Origin: Podospora anserina
Lineage: Eukaryota
Direction: 5' to 3'
Length of the DNA stretch: 64,000 bases
Assembly: GCA_017654855.1 (NCBI GenBank)
Contig: CM030337.1
Span: 3,720,001 to 3,784,000, forward strand
How positions within the stretch are numbered: position 1 is the first letter of the stretch; each line of letters begins with the position of its first letter. The notes under the pieces were generated by a model. That model was not told where the DNA came from, searched no databases, and worked only from the letters and a program-made list of their open reading frames with translations. Position numbers and translations under genes: made by a program. This document shows, piece after piece, positions 23,787 to 36,337 of this stretch.

Positions 23787-25958
23787 TCAAGAGGCGGCAG
23801 TCAAAACGACAACCACAAACTCTACCTCGCCGTTGCCATTCTTCAGTGGTGTCCAGTGACTTACCACCTTCCTTGTGGCATTCTTCCCTCCTAATCCCGC
23901 CCCATTGTGTGAAAAGACCGAGCTCAGAAAGTCGGCTCCTCTGTCCAACGTGTCGCTCAGTCTGGAGGGCTGGTAGTCCCCGCCTTTGGCGACACTGATT
24001 CCCCTTGTGTGGACCTTCTTGACAGGCGACGTTGGTCGCTGCGACGGAGGTGGCGAAGCTGTGCTTGTCGTTATGTCCAGGCTGATAGATTCGCCGGCTG
24101 CAATGGCCGAGTACACTGTGGACCGCACTTGCTTGTTGCTGCTCGAGCTCATCGTAGCGGCGTTTGGTGTCAACACTGCGAAGATATCCCGTCCACTGAC
24201 CAATTTGGCATCGTTCGGCTCATGAAGACCCAGCATCGACAGGGCAAAGTGGGAAGAGAAGGAGATTGTTAGCTGAGCCGCAACACCGCTGCTTGTCGAT
24301 GAGCCACAATGATAGTTTGGCCGCGTGGGCTGCATTGTGCTGGTGATTGCGGCGGTGCTGCTTGAGGGCAAAGATGGGATGTACTTCAACACGAAGAACC
24401 GCGAGTAAGGAGTGCTGTACTCTTCTTGCGGGGCTTCGGCCTTCCGAGATATGGGTGGCAGGATGGCCTTCTTTGACAACCCGCAAACCCCATTCGAGGG
24501 ACTGTCTGCCCGAGGAGTGCTCGGCCAAGTTGGAATCCTGGCCCGAATAGTGCTGCCCTTCCGGGAAAACCTCTTGAAAAAGCGATTGCGAAGGGCTGCC
24601 TTTTGGTGGGTGCTGGCTGAGCTCAAGGGACGTTCAGCATCAGCATTGATGGGATTCCTCCACACCGGTTTCTCGGCTGGTCGTGGGCCTTTCCCGGACA
24701 GCTGCTGGGCTTGCTGGTGTTGCTGTTCTCCAGGGGGGCCAAAGTTCAGGATACGCAAGATATCCTTGTAGTCCGACCCCATGCTCTCAGACACATTGAT
24801 TTGGGCACCGAGAAAGTACCGAATCGTTCCTCCCTCAAACAACGGACACACAAATAACAGGTTCCAAAAGGGGGTCCCATCCTTGCGGTAATTAATGAGG
24901 AGTTCGGACGCTTCGTGCCCAGTTGAGATAGCCTCGCTTAGACGCCGTGTGGCCTCGGGGTCGGTACATATGCCCTGGAAGAATCTGCAGTTCTTGTTCA
25001 TGATCTCCTTGCGCCCATATCCGGACATTCGCAAAAGTGCATCCGAGGCACAGATGATGGGGTTGTCGGGCTCGAGTGGGGTTGTCAAGCAAAAGGCGTC
25101 TCCTAGACCCGGGCATGTCGACAAAAAGCCCCCAGCCCAAGACTGGCTTGTAGACAGCGAAGTCCTCATACATTCTGATAGTTGGTACTTGACAAACTCC
25201 GGGTAGAGTGTCTCGGCCAATCGTTCCTCCACTGCAGCCTTCGCCTCTCTGTAAAGCCGTTCCAGCGACGGCAATGCTGTTCGCGCGCAGTGTTTGGTGT
25301 TGTTTTTCAACCTGTTGGCTATGTCCTGTGGTAGCTCAATGGGTGTGGATGCCACCACACCGGTGAAATCTGTCGTGATCTGACTGATCAGTGTAGTCAT
25401 GTTCCCAAACGCCCGGAAGTACTCATCCACTCTGATCAAAAAGTCCATGTAACTTGCTGAAGGTCCACCCTTTCTGGCAGCATATCGGCAGAGCTTGTGA
25501 CCGGTTGTTGGGTTAGAGAAGGCGAGTTTGATGACGGCAGGGTCAAAGAAGTTGGGAAGCAGTTTGGCTTGGAGAATGGAGTCCTTAAGAATTATGCTAG
25601 GTTTGGGTCCAATCGGTGCATCGTCGACGCTCCCACCCTCAGTGGGACTGCCCGCTTGGGTACGACTAGAAATTGACCGTACTGAGCCATCTGAACCGTA
25701 GTCGGTGTACTGCCTGAATGCTGCTTGGTTCGTGTGCAGAGATAATCCCGAATCGCTGCGCAGTCGTGAAGGGACGTGGCTAGTCGACTGTGGCTGGGGG
25801 GGTTTGGAGGCCGGCGGTGGTGACAAAGCAGTTGCATTGGTGACACTTGATCGTGGATCGTTTGGGCAGGGCAACATCGAGCGGCCACTGCCGCGCAGGC
25901 TTTGACTATCGCTCAGTGTCGATAGAGAGTCAAGCGTGTCCCTCTTTAATGAAAGCAT
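23787..25958 (-). CDS. RGS-LOV-type blue-light photoreceptor (BcLOV4-like architecture)
   Basis: LOV motifs DNPIICASD, NKNCRFFQG (photoactive Cys), INYRKDGTPFWNLL, YFLGAQ; upstream helical RGS-like region; polybasic RFFKRFSRK; C-terminal HWTPL. Confidence 0.88.
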   Translation of the reverse strand: MLSLKRDTLDSLSTLSDSQSLRGSGRSMLPCPNDPRSSVTNATALSPPPASKPPQPQSTSHVPSRLRSDSGLSLHTNQAAFRQYTDYGSDGSVRSISSRTQAGSPTEGGSVDDAPIGPKPSIILKDSILQAKLLPNFFDPAVIKLAFSNPTTGHKLCRYAARKGGPSASYMDFLIRVDEYFRAFGNMTTLISQITTDFTGVVASTPIELPQDIANRLKNNTKHCARTALPSLERLYREAKAAVEERLAETLYPEFVKYQLSECMRTSLSTSQSWAGGFLSTCPGLGDAFCLTTPLEPDNPIICASDALLRMSGYGRKEIMNKNCRFFQGICTDPEATRRLSEAISTGHEASELLINYRKDGTPFWNLLFVCPLFEGGTIRYFLGAQINVSESMGSDYKDILRILNFGPPGEQQHQQAQQLSGKGPRPAEKPVWRNPINADAERPLSSASTHQKAALRNRFFKRFSRKGSTIRARIPTWPSTPRADSPSNGVCGLSKKAILPPISRKAEAPQEEYSTPYSRFFVLKYIPSLPSSSTAAITSTMQPTRPNYHCGSSTSSGVAAQLTISFSSHFALSMLGLHEPNDAKLVSGRDIFAVLTPNAATMSSSSNKQVRSTVYSAIAAGESISLDITTSTASPPPSQRPTSPVKKVHTRGISVAKGGDYQPSRLSDTLDRGADFLSSVFSHNGAGLGGKNATRKVVSHWTPLKNGNGEVEFVVVVLTAAS

Positions 25959-27466
25959 TGGCGCCAAAAAAATACCGAGAATTTCCAGGTTGACTGGAAA
26001 GCAGTCAGTAAGACTACAACTGAAAAATGAATACAGAGATCTGGTTGACAGAGGGCCGCAGGGGCAGGTTGAACTTATCAGGGGTCATCGTTCTTGGGCA
26101 GCAATGACTCGACCTTTAATCCAATGGTGCCATGCCGGTTTCCTTGCAAAGAACGAACCAGCGAACTCTGTTGGCATCTGGTTAGCTACAAGGAACGATC
26201 AAGTGGAGAAACCGTCCGAAGCAGGCCGTTTCAGCAGACAGAGCTGCAGGTCATAGCAAACGATAGCGACCTTTCCCAAAGGACTAGAGGTCTTCAAGAA
26301 TTCCTCTTGGATCTTGTTCAGCTAGGAGAGATCGGGATCGTCTAAAGGTTTGGGTGACATGAACATCAACGTCTTTTAGAGACTTGTGAAGCTATATGCT
26401 AGACTTGGGCCTCGAAATTGAGCTAGTTTTTGCAAATGTTCTGTTGAGGAGCCATCTGAACGAAGCGCATGCCCATTGAGACCCAATCACCTATCGGAAA
26501 TATCTGGGAGGTTGGGTATCCCAGTTGTTGAAGTATGCTGCGTCACATTGGCGGATACCAACAGACATTTGGTACTGAAGAGTTCAACGACACACAAACC
26601 GTGGTCTGTGTGATGGGAGACGTTGTCAAACTGGTTGTGGGGCACGAGGACAGCAGACGATATTGCGCGGGAGCCTGCATCGGATCGGACTGGTGGGCAG
26701 ATAATATGGTGGGAATAGTTGGGGCCTGTGGTATAACTGCTGCTTTTCGACGTAAATAGGTAGTGAGGCTTGAAACCAGAAGGAAGCACTTGTTTGTCTC
26801 CAGCTACGTCGTGGGAGGTGGTTTGACGATGCTATGCTGTCGAGTATCAGATGAGGGCACGGATGGTTGTCAATATTGTGTGGGTGGTCCACGGGTGATC
26901 AGCCAAAGACAAACACCCCTGCAGGTTCGGCAGATGTCTCTGTCGATGCCGTGCATATCGCGCTAGTTTAGCGCCCGAGGTGGGGCTTTAATCATCCTGG
27001 CAGTGTCACTGTTCCTGTTGATGATTCCACTATCCTCAACATCATGGATTTCTTTCACCATGCTGATTTCAATCTCGAGCCAATCACTTCAGTGGGAACA
27101 CAGAGCCCGTTTGTTTGATTCAGCGAGATGGCTTGTGATGCCGTCTTTTGTACCATCCACGAATATCAAGCTGATGAACTACAAGTTATCAGGATGAAGC
27201 ATGGAAAGATGGGATTTGAACAACCTACAGGAGCCGGCAATAACAGGCCCGGATGAAACCTCATCGAAGCACAAATCAAGAATTGGCTATCTCTGCACCC
27301 CTCCCTTTCTAGTGCAATCGCCTCGGTAACCGTCACACATGGGCCATGGCATGTTCCATGGAATGAGACCCCTTGGGGACAGAAAAGGGGCCGTCATGCC
27401 CGCCTCGTGGCTCATTGCTTTCTGGGCCTTCATCTACCCTTTCGGTTTGTTGGTGCTCCACTGACA

Positions 27467-30111
27467 ATGCTTGCCCTTCTTGCTCTTTGCTGGCAAGTCC
27501 TGGTCGTCGAAGCGCTGGAGGACGCCGTTTTCGATCCCCTCGCCTACGTCGATCCACTAATTGGGGCCAGCAACGGTGGAAATGTCTTTCCAGGAGCTTC
27601 GCTGCCATATGGCATGGCAAAGGCGGTGGCTGATACCAATAGCAGCAGCAACCAAGGCGGATTCACATTGGATGGTGCGTTTGTCACTGGCTTCAGCGGC
27701 ATGCACGACAGCGGAACTGGCGGGAGTCCAAGTCTGGGAAACTTCCCACTGTTCCCCTTCACCAACTGTCCAGAAGGTGACATCAATCGATGTGTTTTCC
27801 CCAAAAAGAGCCGAGCTGCCCATGGAGGGTTCGGCAATAACACCGTGACAGCAAAGCCCGGCACCTTCGGCATCACCCTGAACAACGGCATCAGAGCCGA
27901 CATGACCACAACCCATCACACGTCACTCTTTAGGTTTACCTTTCCAACGCTTGGATCAGACGGCCAGCCGGCTCAACCGCTCATCCTGCAGGACCTCACA
28001 GACTTGTCTGATTCCCGGCAGGACAACGGCAGCGTAACGGTTGACCCCGAGACAGGACGCATCACCGGGAGTGCCCGCTTCCTGCCGAGCTTCGGTGGCG
28101 GCAACTTTGTGCTGCACTTTTGCACAGACTTCAAAGGCGCCGATGTTTTGGACAGCGGGATCTTTGTCAACAGTCGAGGCAGCACAGAGGTGAAGAACTT
28201 GACCATTTCCAGGTCGATCAATGGATATCCATTGCCTGGGGGGGCATTTGTCAGGTTCAGCTCAGGGGCAGAGCCAATCTTGGTCAGGACAGCCAACAGC
28301 TTCATCAGTGCTGAACAAGCCTGCAAACACGCCGAAACGGAGATTCCAGATTATGACTTTGAGAGGGTGTCAGAAGCTGCTATCGAAAAATGGAGAGAGA
28401 AAATGAGCATTATCAAGGTGTCGCCTGCAGGAGTGGAAGGGTCGCTGTTGACCAACTTTTACAGCGGCATCTATCGGACCATGGTCAATCCTCAGAATTA
28501 CACCGGGGAAAATCCGTTGTGGGAGAGCAGTGAGCCATACTTTGACTCGTTTTATTGCATCTGGGACCTCTTCCGCTCCCAAATTCCGTTTCTTATCATC
28601 ACTGATCCAGCCGCGGTGGCCGAGATGGTGCGTTCGCTCATAGACACCTACCGGCACACTGGCTGGCTGCCAGACTGCCGCATGAGTCTCAACAAGGGCT
28701 ACACCCAGGTTCGTAGTGCCTGGAAGATTATGTCAATGTTAAAGACCTAACCCGAGGCTAGGGTGGATCAAACGCAGACAACGTCCTGGCCGATGCCTTC
28801 ATCAAGGGCATAAAAGACGGCATCGATGTACTACCCCTCCACTTCTCATTGGGTCTCACTGACTAACGCATCCACAGTGGGAAGACGGCTACGCAGCCGT
28901 AGTCAAAGACGCAGAAGTCGAGCCCTACGACTGGTGCTGCGAAGGCCGTGGCGGCCTCGACAGTTGGAAAGCTCTAGGCTACATCCCCGTTCAAGACTTT
29001 GACTACAAAGGCTTCGGCACCATGACCCGCAGCATCTCCCGAACCCTCGAGTACGCCTACAACGACTTTTGCATCTCCCAAATCGCCCACGGGCTAGGCC
29101 GCACGGCCGACAGGGACAAGTACCTTGCCTCCAGCAGCAACTGGAAAAACCTCTTCCGCCCTGACCAGACCTCCCTCTGGTGGAACGGCACAAACACAGG
29201 CTTCACCGGGTTTTTCCAACCGCGCTACCTCAACGGGACCTGGGCTTACCAAAACCCCCTTAATTGCTCCAACCTCGACACCTTTTCCGTCTGCTCCCTG
29301 CAAAACACCGGGAGGGAAACCTTCGAAAGCTCCATCTGGGAGTACAACTTGTATTTTTTTCGTCCCCTTTTCCCCTCTTGAGGCCCCCCTTCCCTGACAG
29401 TGCAGTAGCTTCGTCCCCCACGACCAATCAACCCTCCTGACCCTCCTCGGCGGCCCATCCCTCTTCACCTCCCGCCTAAACTACCTCCACAACACAAACA
29501 TAACCTACATCGGCAACGAACCTTCCTTCCTCACCGTCTTCCAATACCACTACTCCGCCCGCCCCGCCCTCTCCGCCCTCCGATCCCACAGTTACATCCC
29601 CTCCTACTTCTCCCCCACCCCCTCCGGCCTCCCCGGCAACGACGACTCGGGCGCAATGGGCTCGTTTGTCGCGCTCTCAATGATGGGCCTCTTCCCCAAC
29701 CCGGGACAAAACGTTTACCTTGTTACTCCGCCGTTTTTCGAACAAGTCAACATTACCAGCCCGGTAACGGGAAAGGTGGCAAGGGTGAGGAATGTTAATT
29801 TTGATGGGAGGTACAAGAGTGTATACATCCAGAGTGCGACGCTCAATGGGGAGAGATACACCAAGAACTGGGTTGATCACAGTTTTTTCACCGAGGGGAA
29901 GGAGTTGGTGCTTGTGCTGGGGGATGGGGAGAGTGATTGGGGGACGGGGGTGGGGGATCTGCCGCCTAGTTTGGGGGAGTATGTTGGTTTTGCGGGGGGG
30001 AATGGGACAGCTGTGAATGATACCAGTACCATAACGGGGTGGAAAAGGGGGTTGGAAGAGGTGGTTGGGAGGGCGTGGAGGGGTGGTTATGTTGGGGATG
30101 TAAAAGTATGA
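27467..30111 (+). CDS. Secreted GH92 alpha-1,2-mannosidase
   Basis: Introns 28709-28761, 28828-28877, 29351-29408; motifs YVDPLIG, PGASLPYGM, HDSGTGG, TQGGSNA, SRTLEYAYNDF, GNEPSF, PGNDDSGAM. Confidence 0.93.
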
Positions 30112-30299
30112 GAGATGAGTGCGATGATTTCACCAAGAATATACCATAGAAATAATGAAAAAGATGGAAGAGATTTTTTTGGGGTTTTTTTTTAGGAAAA
30201 AAAAAAGGGACACGTTTCTCTCTGCACAAAGTCCAGCTCGGCTACGGTACCCGGTCACCCTCCCTTTAAAATAACCGTCATTGCGGATCAGCAAAACGT

Positions 30300-30470
30300 G
30301 GAATTGTTATTACCTAACTTACTTTTTTTCTAGAAGAAACAAAAGGCCTCATAGGGTGATCATTAGGCATTTCAAGATGGTTAATAGGCCTTTGAAGATA
30401 TTCGGAAGGCCTATTGTTGATACCTGCGGAAGCATGCGATATAGGTTAACCTACTTTTGTGTGCCAATTA
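30300..30470. repeat. AT-rich degenerate repeat relic related to 13390-13570
   Basis: Shares TAATAGRCCTTTGAAGA..AAGGCCTA with 13497-13528. Confidence 0.35.
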
Positions 30471-31000
30471 TTTTGTGGTGAGGGTGCCGGTCCAACTTCC
30501 CACCACTTCATGGCATCTTTCAGAGTTTCACTCTTGGCTACACTAGCAGTCTCCATTCTTGTTAACGTTATAGCATTCATCGCTACCCCAATATATTGCA
30601 AACGAAAAGAATAACTAAGTACAAGACAACCTGAGTCATAATAAATGCAAGCCAGCAAATACCTAGTCATCAATCTATGGGGTATCAACAACATCAAACT
30701 TGTCAGGCACCGCCCTTTATCATAGGCTTTGTTTGACCCCATACCTACCTGTACACACACCAAAACATAAAGGCAAAACAAGATATAATGTAAGCTTCTG
30801 CTGTGACCCGACACTTTGCTAAAACTCGATGAAAGCTGTACAGAGCCTTCCCAGCTTCCTCGTTGCTCGAATCCTACACGACTCAGTCGTTGCTCTCCAG
30901 CCACCAAGGCAATATTAGTATGTCGTATGTCGTTCCCAAATCGGAGGGGAAACGGAAAAGTAAAATGATACAGTGATGAAACCAAAGAATTCCTCCTTCA

Positions 31001-32443
31001 TCAATAGTCGTCGTCATAAGGGGAGTGCATCATCTGACAATGGTGGCAGACGAGCTCCTCAGGGTCGTATGTATCCATGTCTGGATTCTCATACTCTTCC
31101 GAGAGGATTATGGTGCCAGTGGTGCGGTCAAACTCAGCCCAGACTCGCTCCTCGCTATCCCTGCTCACCGGCACGCGCTTCCACAGGGTCCGTCGGTTTT
31201 GCCACGTCGTCTCCGGTTGCCCTTCTTCCGCGGGCACAGCTGGTATTTTGACCGTCCCGTGGTGCGAGTGATGGCCGTGGTGACCACCGCCCATGGGGAG
31301 AGAAGATCCGTTAGTCTTTTTCTTGCTCTGCAGGTACTCCTCAGCCAGGACCTTCCAAGCCCGGACTGCTCTGGGCTCCCAGTCGCCGTCCGACTGTTTC
31401 CGCACCCTGTTGGACGAGACATAGGTAGAGTCCGACTTGAGAAATAATCCGTCGTCTCTGACCATCCTGACAAGATGACTTGCCATATCTGAGCCCCACT
31501 GACACTCGGGGATGCCAGTTAGCTGGAGCTCCTTCAGGCTCATGGAGAGGTCGTGGCCTGTCAAGGCGTGCATCTCAACTGGAGAGGGCGCGGTGAGGAA
31601 GTCGGAAGGAAAGTTGACCAAATCGATCCTCAGCGACTCGAGTGCGGGGAGCAGACGAGGGCGCGGCTGGGTGGTGTCATGATCAGGATCGAAGGGTGGT
31701 CGCAGAACGGTAAGGAAGTCGACAACCTGAAGCCATGTGTAGCTGCGGAATCCTCGTCGGGCAAGGGTATTGTCATAAACACGAGGGATTACTCGAAGTC
31801 GGAGGGGATTCCGTGTCGGGTTTGACGTCGGGTAGGGCGCCCTATGCTCGCGTTCGAAGTCTTCGTCGTAGTACCTAGCAGTGATCCGCATCGTGATGTG
31901 CGTTATCTGCTTGCGGTGCTCGAGCCCAAGGTTTCGGAAATTCTGGAGGGCAAGGCAATCGGTAAAGACAAAAGTGTTGTTTCTCCACAGAAAACGCTCT
32001 CCTTCATCGTGATAGGCTCTGCACGTGGCAAGAAAGTTGATGGCGATCTGGGCCTTAGACATCTTCTTCTCTTCGGGGAGGAGAACATGGGGGTTGAGCT
32101 TGGACAGTGGGTCGATAATGGGTTGGCTGCTTGTGAGTGAGTACTCAAGAATGTACAGAATGATCTCGACCGGTAGGCTTGGCAATCGCTGGTCAGACCT
32201 CCCACTGCGGGAGGAGCGGCGCGCCGCCTTTGAGTCGGCCCAGGCCCCGCGAGAGCCTGTTGGGTCGTTGAGATCTAACGTCAGTCGACGGTCCCACGAG
32301 ATACCATTCTCCCGAAGAAGCTTCTTGAGACGCAGGTTTTCTTCAGCAAGTCGCCTGTTCTCTTGCCGCGCAGGGTTGTTGTACCACGCTTCCACCTGCT
32401 CTTCATTATCGCGCAGCTCAAAGGGCGGCACGAACTGGGGCAT
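31001..32443 (-). CDS. Hypothetical protein, 480 aa, with short coiled coil and F-box-like motif
   Basis: Intronless ORF; ENRRLAEENLRLKKLL; LPSLPVEIILYILEY; FLATCRAYHDEG..LWRNNTF. Confidence 0.85.
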   Translation of the reverse strand: MPQFVPPFELRDNEEQVEAWYNNPARQENRRLAEENLRLKKLLRENGISWDRRLTLDLNDPTGSRGAWADSKAARRSSRSGRSDQRLPSLPVEIILYILEYSLTSSQPIIDPLSKLNPHVLLPEEKKMSKAQIAINFLATCRAYHDEGERFLWRNNTFVFTDCLALQNFRNLGLEHRKQITHITMRITARYYDEDFEREHRAPYPTSNPTRNPLRLRVIPRVYDNTLARRGFRSYTWLQVVDFLTVLRPPFDPDHDTTQPRPRLLPALESLRIDLVNFPSDFLTAPSPVEMHALTGHDLSMSLKELQLTGIPECQWGSDMASHLVRMVRDDGLFLKSDSTYVSSNRVRKQSDGDWEPRAVRAWKVLAEEYLQSKKKTNGSSLPMGGGHHGHHSHHGTVKIPAVPAEEGQPETTWQNRRTLWKRVPVSRDSEERVWAEFDRTTGTIILSEEYENPDMDTYDPEELVCHHCQMMHSPYDDDY

Positions 32444-34256
32444 TGTCAGTCAGAGTGTCAGTCAGGTTGCGGGAATTATCGTACAAAGCTTACATTTTCT
32501 GTATCAAAGATGTCCATGACGACGGCGACGGTAGACTTTATTGCGGAAAGATACGGTGAAGATGCGCGAAGGAGAGGTGGTGAAGTTCGGCGATAAGTGT
32601 TCAAGAGGGAGGAGGACTGAGTGATGGTGGGATAATTGGGTGAATGAGTTATGTCCCACGTCAAATCCCCGCACACCTAGAAGAAAAGTGCAGAAGGCTC
32701 GATAAGAACAAACTCAGCGCCGGGCCCCAATCATGGAATTGCGGTTTGGTGTGGGAGTTGCAAAGCTTCAGAATTTGGGATGCGCTCAGGGGCGCTCCGC
32801 GGCGGTTGGTAAAAGGCCGGGGACCTCCGGTGAGCCGTGGCCCAGATGCCACAAGCAGTCGGGACTCGAGCGGGATCTGAGGCAACAGAGACCAGTTTGG
32901 TTTCCTGTGTTCACGTCGAGAATGGGGGGACAAAGAGCGAGTAATGGGTAACGGGTAATGAAAAAGACAGAGAGATGCCCTGTTGGGTGGATCGTTGAGT
33001 TTTGCGGCTGGTGCGAGGAATTTCGGTCGGGTGGCCCGCCACTCGCGCCGAGGGGGTAACCTAACCAACGGCCACACTTTGGCAGCTGCTTCTCACGGGT
33101 GACGGATTCGGGTGAGAGAGACGATTCACCAGAATGATTTTATCGCGATTGGCAGCGCCGAAGTATCGATGAAAAAGTGGAAGACAACAACGGTAAGCTT
33201 CGGGTGGAGGGGGACCAGTCGCAGTCGGGATCTGGGGGCGTCGCGAGCTGTAGATGTGGAGACAAGAGTGCAGCCCCACTTAAGTTTTAATCAACCGTCA
33301 GATTCCTTTTTGGGAAGCCGCCTTGTGGCCACGAAGGGGGCGATGAGAGCATCGTGAAGTGAAGAACCTCCAGATGGCACCATGTTTGGTAAGGTATCGT
33401 AATCCAACCTGGAATGAGTCAGGATGTGGTGAGAGATACATATAGAACATCTCATGATCCCGTGGATGATGCGGAAGAGTATTTGAGTTGAACAGTGCCG
33501 TCAGTATCGAACAGTGCAAAGACGCTCGCTGAGCCAATTTGCCTTTAGACTGGCAATTCACACAGAAATAGGGTCAGTCCGGAGCTGTATATCATAGCAT
33601 GTGAGAATGGCTATCTTCGGTGTCGCCGGTGTTTTCATCTACGCGTCACTGGCGCTTGATGCTTGAATCGGAACGCCGTCGTGTACCCATAGGATCATGG
33701 GATCCCACGATGGCTCCCGAGCTGTAGGTGTCTGCAACTGACCTTTCATTCCATGCCCAATTCCGATCGATTATCATAATACCCCGAACAGCTAATTGCA
33801 CGACAAACAGCAATTCGGGAGAGCTACCATATATACAACCCACCTACCAGGCCTGAGCTGCAAGGAGCCACGGGAGCTAAGCTGCCCCTCACCGCACAGA
33901 GCTGCTTTGAGACTCAGACTGACGTCAACGACCCTTTGTGCTGCGGCATCCTCCGATTCCTCCGCCGATTCGAACGGCCGAGCCTTCCCCCCATAAATCA
34001 CAGAACGGGTGTTCGATGACGCGGTGCAATTCAGGCACCCTGCGTCTCTGGCGTCCACGGGGTCCTCTTACATCATGGCTTCAGACGGGCCATATAGGAA
34101 AGGTATCCCAGGTCAGGAGCTCTCCTTTTTACACAAAACACCACCCTAAAACCTTCAAAGTCAACACACTACCCACTTCACACCGTGACCACTCCTACTA
34201 CTACTATTACAACAACCGCACTCCTACCTACCAGATCATATTACAGCACCGCCATC

Positions 34257-34932
34257 ATGTCCTCAGGATTCTCCAACACATCGGGCGTTAAGCACCCCGA
34301 CCCCTACAAGGAGGCCAACCTCGACACCCAGGTCTCCACTCAAACTAAGCTTGACGACCTCAGCAAGTTCATGGATGCCTCCAAGTTCTGCATGATGACC
34401 ACGGTCAACCCCAAGACCCATCAATTGGTCTCCAGATGCATGGCCCTGGCTGGTCAAGTAGGTTGACGCTGATGTAGCCCATCAATAACCGGATATTAAC
34501 ATTCAATTCCAGGAAAACGGCGGACTCGACCTCCTCTTCCACACCAATACCGAGTCAGGCAAGACCGACGACCTCGCCGCCGACACACACATCAACGTTG
34601 GCTTCCTCAACAACTCTGGCGAATGGGCTTCCGTCAGTGGAACCACCGAAATCATCACTGATCGGGAGCTCGTAAAGAAGCACTACAAGCCTCATCTGAA
34701 GGCCTGGGTTGGCGATTTGGGCGATGGCGTCCACGATGGCTCTGCCAATGACCCCAGAATCGGCATCATCCGCGTCAAGATGGCTACAGCTCACTATGCC
34801 ATCTCGCACAAGAACATTGCCGGCAGATTGACCGAGGTGGCCAAGGGTGTGGTGACTGGCGATACGGCCGTGGTGAACAAGCTGCGCGAGATTAGCGAAG
34901 AGGAGGTTTCCAAGCTCAGACTGACTCACTAG
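34257..34932 (+). CDS. bli-3: BLI-3-like protein (pyridoxamine 5'-phosphate oxidase-like FMN-binding fold)
   Basis: Intron 34458-34512; DPYKEAN, KFCMMTT, LVSRCMALA, DLLFHTNTESGKTDDL, AWVGDLGDGVHDG..DPRIG. Confidence 0.88.
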
Positions 34933-35055
34933 AAGGGTTCCGTGGGCGGAAAGAAGCATTTCAAAGTCTCAAGACATTAAACAGGCGTCATACGGGGAGC
35001 TAGCAAAGCTTGAGCATAGCCAAAATTGATTTTGTTTTCTTCTTTTGAAGCATTC

Positions 35056-35919
35056 TCAATGCTTTCCCTCATAATCAGCCTTCCATATCCTGTCCCAGTT
35101 CTCCTTGTTGACAGCAAATTCCCTGACATAGTCATGTTCCAGCTCGTGTGTCCTCCTGCCAAGCAGCACCAAACTGTGAAGCGGCCCTCCAAGCAGCTCA
35201 TCGGCATCGCAAAGCTCTTTGAGTGTACCGGCAACAAACTTCTCCGTCTTGCCTCCCACCCTCGCAGCGCCAATAGCAAGACTGTCTGGCCCGTACACAC
35301 CCTCCTTCTTTTCCTCCTCAACCTCCAGCATTTGACTGGCGCAAGTCCCGACGGTCATATACCTAGGTGGCTCATAAATCTTTCTCCCCCTCGCCATATT
35401 CTCCAAGCTCTGCTCCTTAACCTTGATATCCAGCAGCACCAGCGTATGCAGCCCAATCTGCCTATTCTCCTTGATCCGATCATAAAAGCTCGCCGGCCTC
35501 CAATTGTCCAAAAAGAACACCATCGACACCGTCTGCCCAAAGTTGTACAGCTGCAACCCCGCCGCGCCGATGCCAGACATGATGCTCGCGTTAGGCACAG
35601 TCCCGACTCGGATGCCCAGCTCGCGAGCCCTCAGGACGAGGTCGGTGTGTGTAGTCGCGCCAAAGGGGTCGCCGACGACGCAAAAGGCGACGTCCTCCTT
35701 GTCGGCGTCGCGGAGGATCTCGTCCGAGTTGGACTCGACCATTTCGCGGTCGGCGATGGAGATGGGGCGGCCGTAGTAGGACTCGAGGACGGACTGGTCG
35801 ACGAGGAGGATCGAGGTGTAGGCTTCGAGGTAGACGCGGGAGGCGCGCTTGACGATCTCGAGGCCCTTGACCGTGATGTCGGTCTCGTCTGAGAGGCCTA
35901 GGCCGACGAGGTAGAGCAT
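35056..35919 (-). CDS. DPH5: Diphthine methyl ester synthase
   Basis: [50 protein letters not shown]. Confidence 0.97.
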   Translation of the reverse strand: MLYLVGLGLSDETDITVKGLEIVKRASRVYLEAYTSILLVDQSVLESYYGRPISIADREMVESNSDEILRDADKEDVAFCVVGDPFGATTHTDLVLRARELGIRVGTVPNASIMSGIGAAGLQLYNFGQTVSMVFFLDNWRPASFYDRIKENRQIGLHTLVLLDIKVKEQSLENMARGRKIYEPPRYMTVGTCASQMLEVEEEKKEGVYGPDSLAIGAARVGGKTEKFVAGTLKELCDADELLGGPLHSLVLLGRRTHELEHDYVREFAVNKENWDRIWKADYEGKH

Positions 35920-36337
35920 TTTGGTGGTTTGTGGGGGTACTGTAGGAGAGTGTAGTTCTAGGTGGTAAGGGAGGAGAACCTTGGTGGTGGGAGGGGAGGT
36001 GGGAAAGATTGTTTTTTCTTTTTTTTTTTTAATCGATGTTGAGTTTGATGGGTACCTTGAAGTCGGTGATGGGTAGGTGAAGGGAAAGGTACCATACTAT
36101 TAGCCTACCCCGCCAAAGCTGCCCCCTCTAAAATTTCCAAAGACAAGCTTTCCAGTGGTGCTCATCCCCCCCTGTCGATGGCTGTCCGCTGTTAACCGTG
36201 CACATTGAACTAACCAATTCACGACGCGGCGCGTTCAAACTTTCAACAATCCATTTCAACAAAACCAACACTTGTCCTCGAGAATTACCACCAACCTATC
36301 TACCATCTCTAACCCGCTCGTCGCATCAACCGCCAAG

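Noticed and set aside
23787..34932. Light-response cluster (RGS-LOV plus bli-3)
   Set aside because: 8 kb apart with unrelated genes in between; no shared regulatory evidence.
35026..35892. Long antisense ORFs opposite DPH5 (likewise opposite the TFIIIC, carrier, NAPE-PLD and His-phosphatase genes)
   Set aside because: Shadow ORFs expected from GC-rich codon bias; no recognisable motifs.
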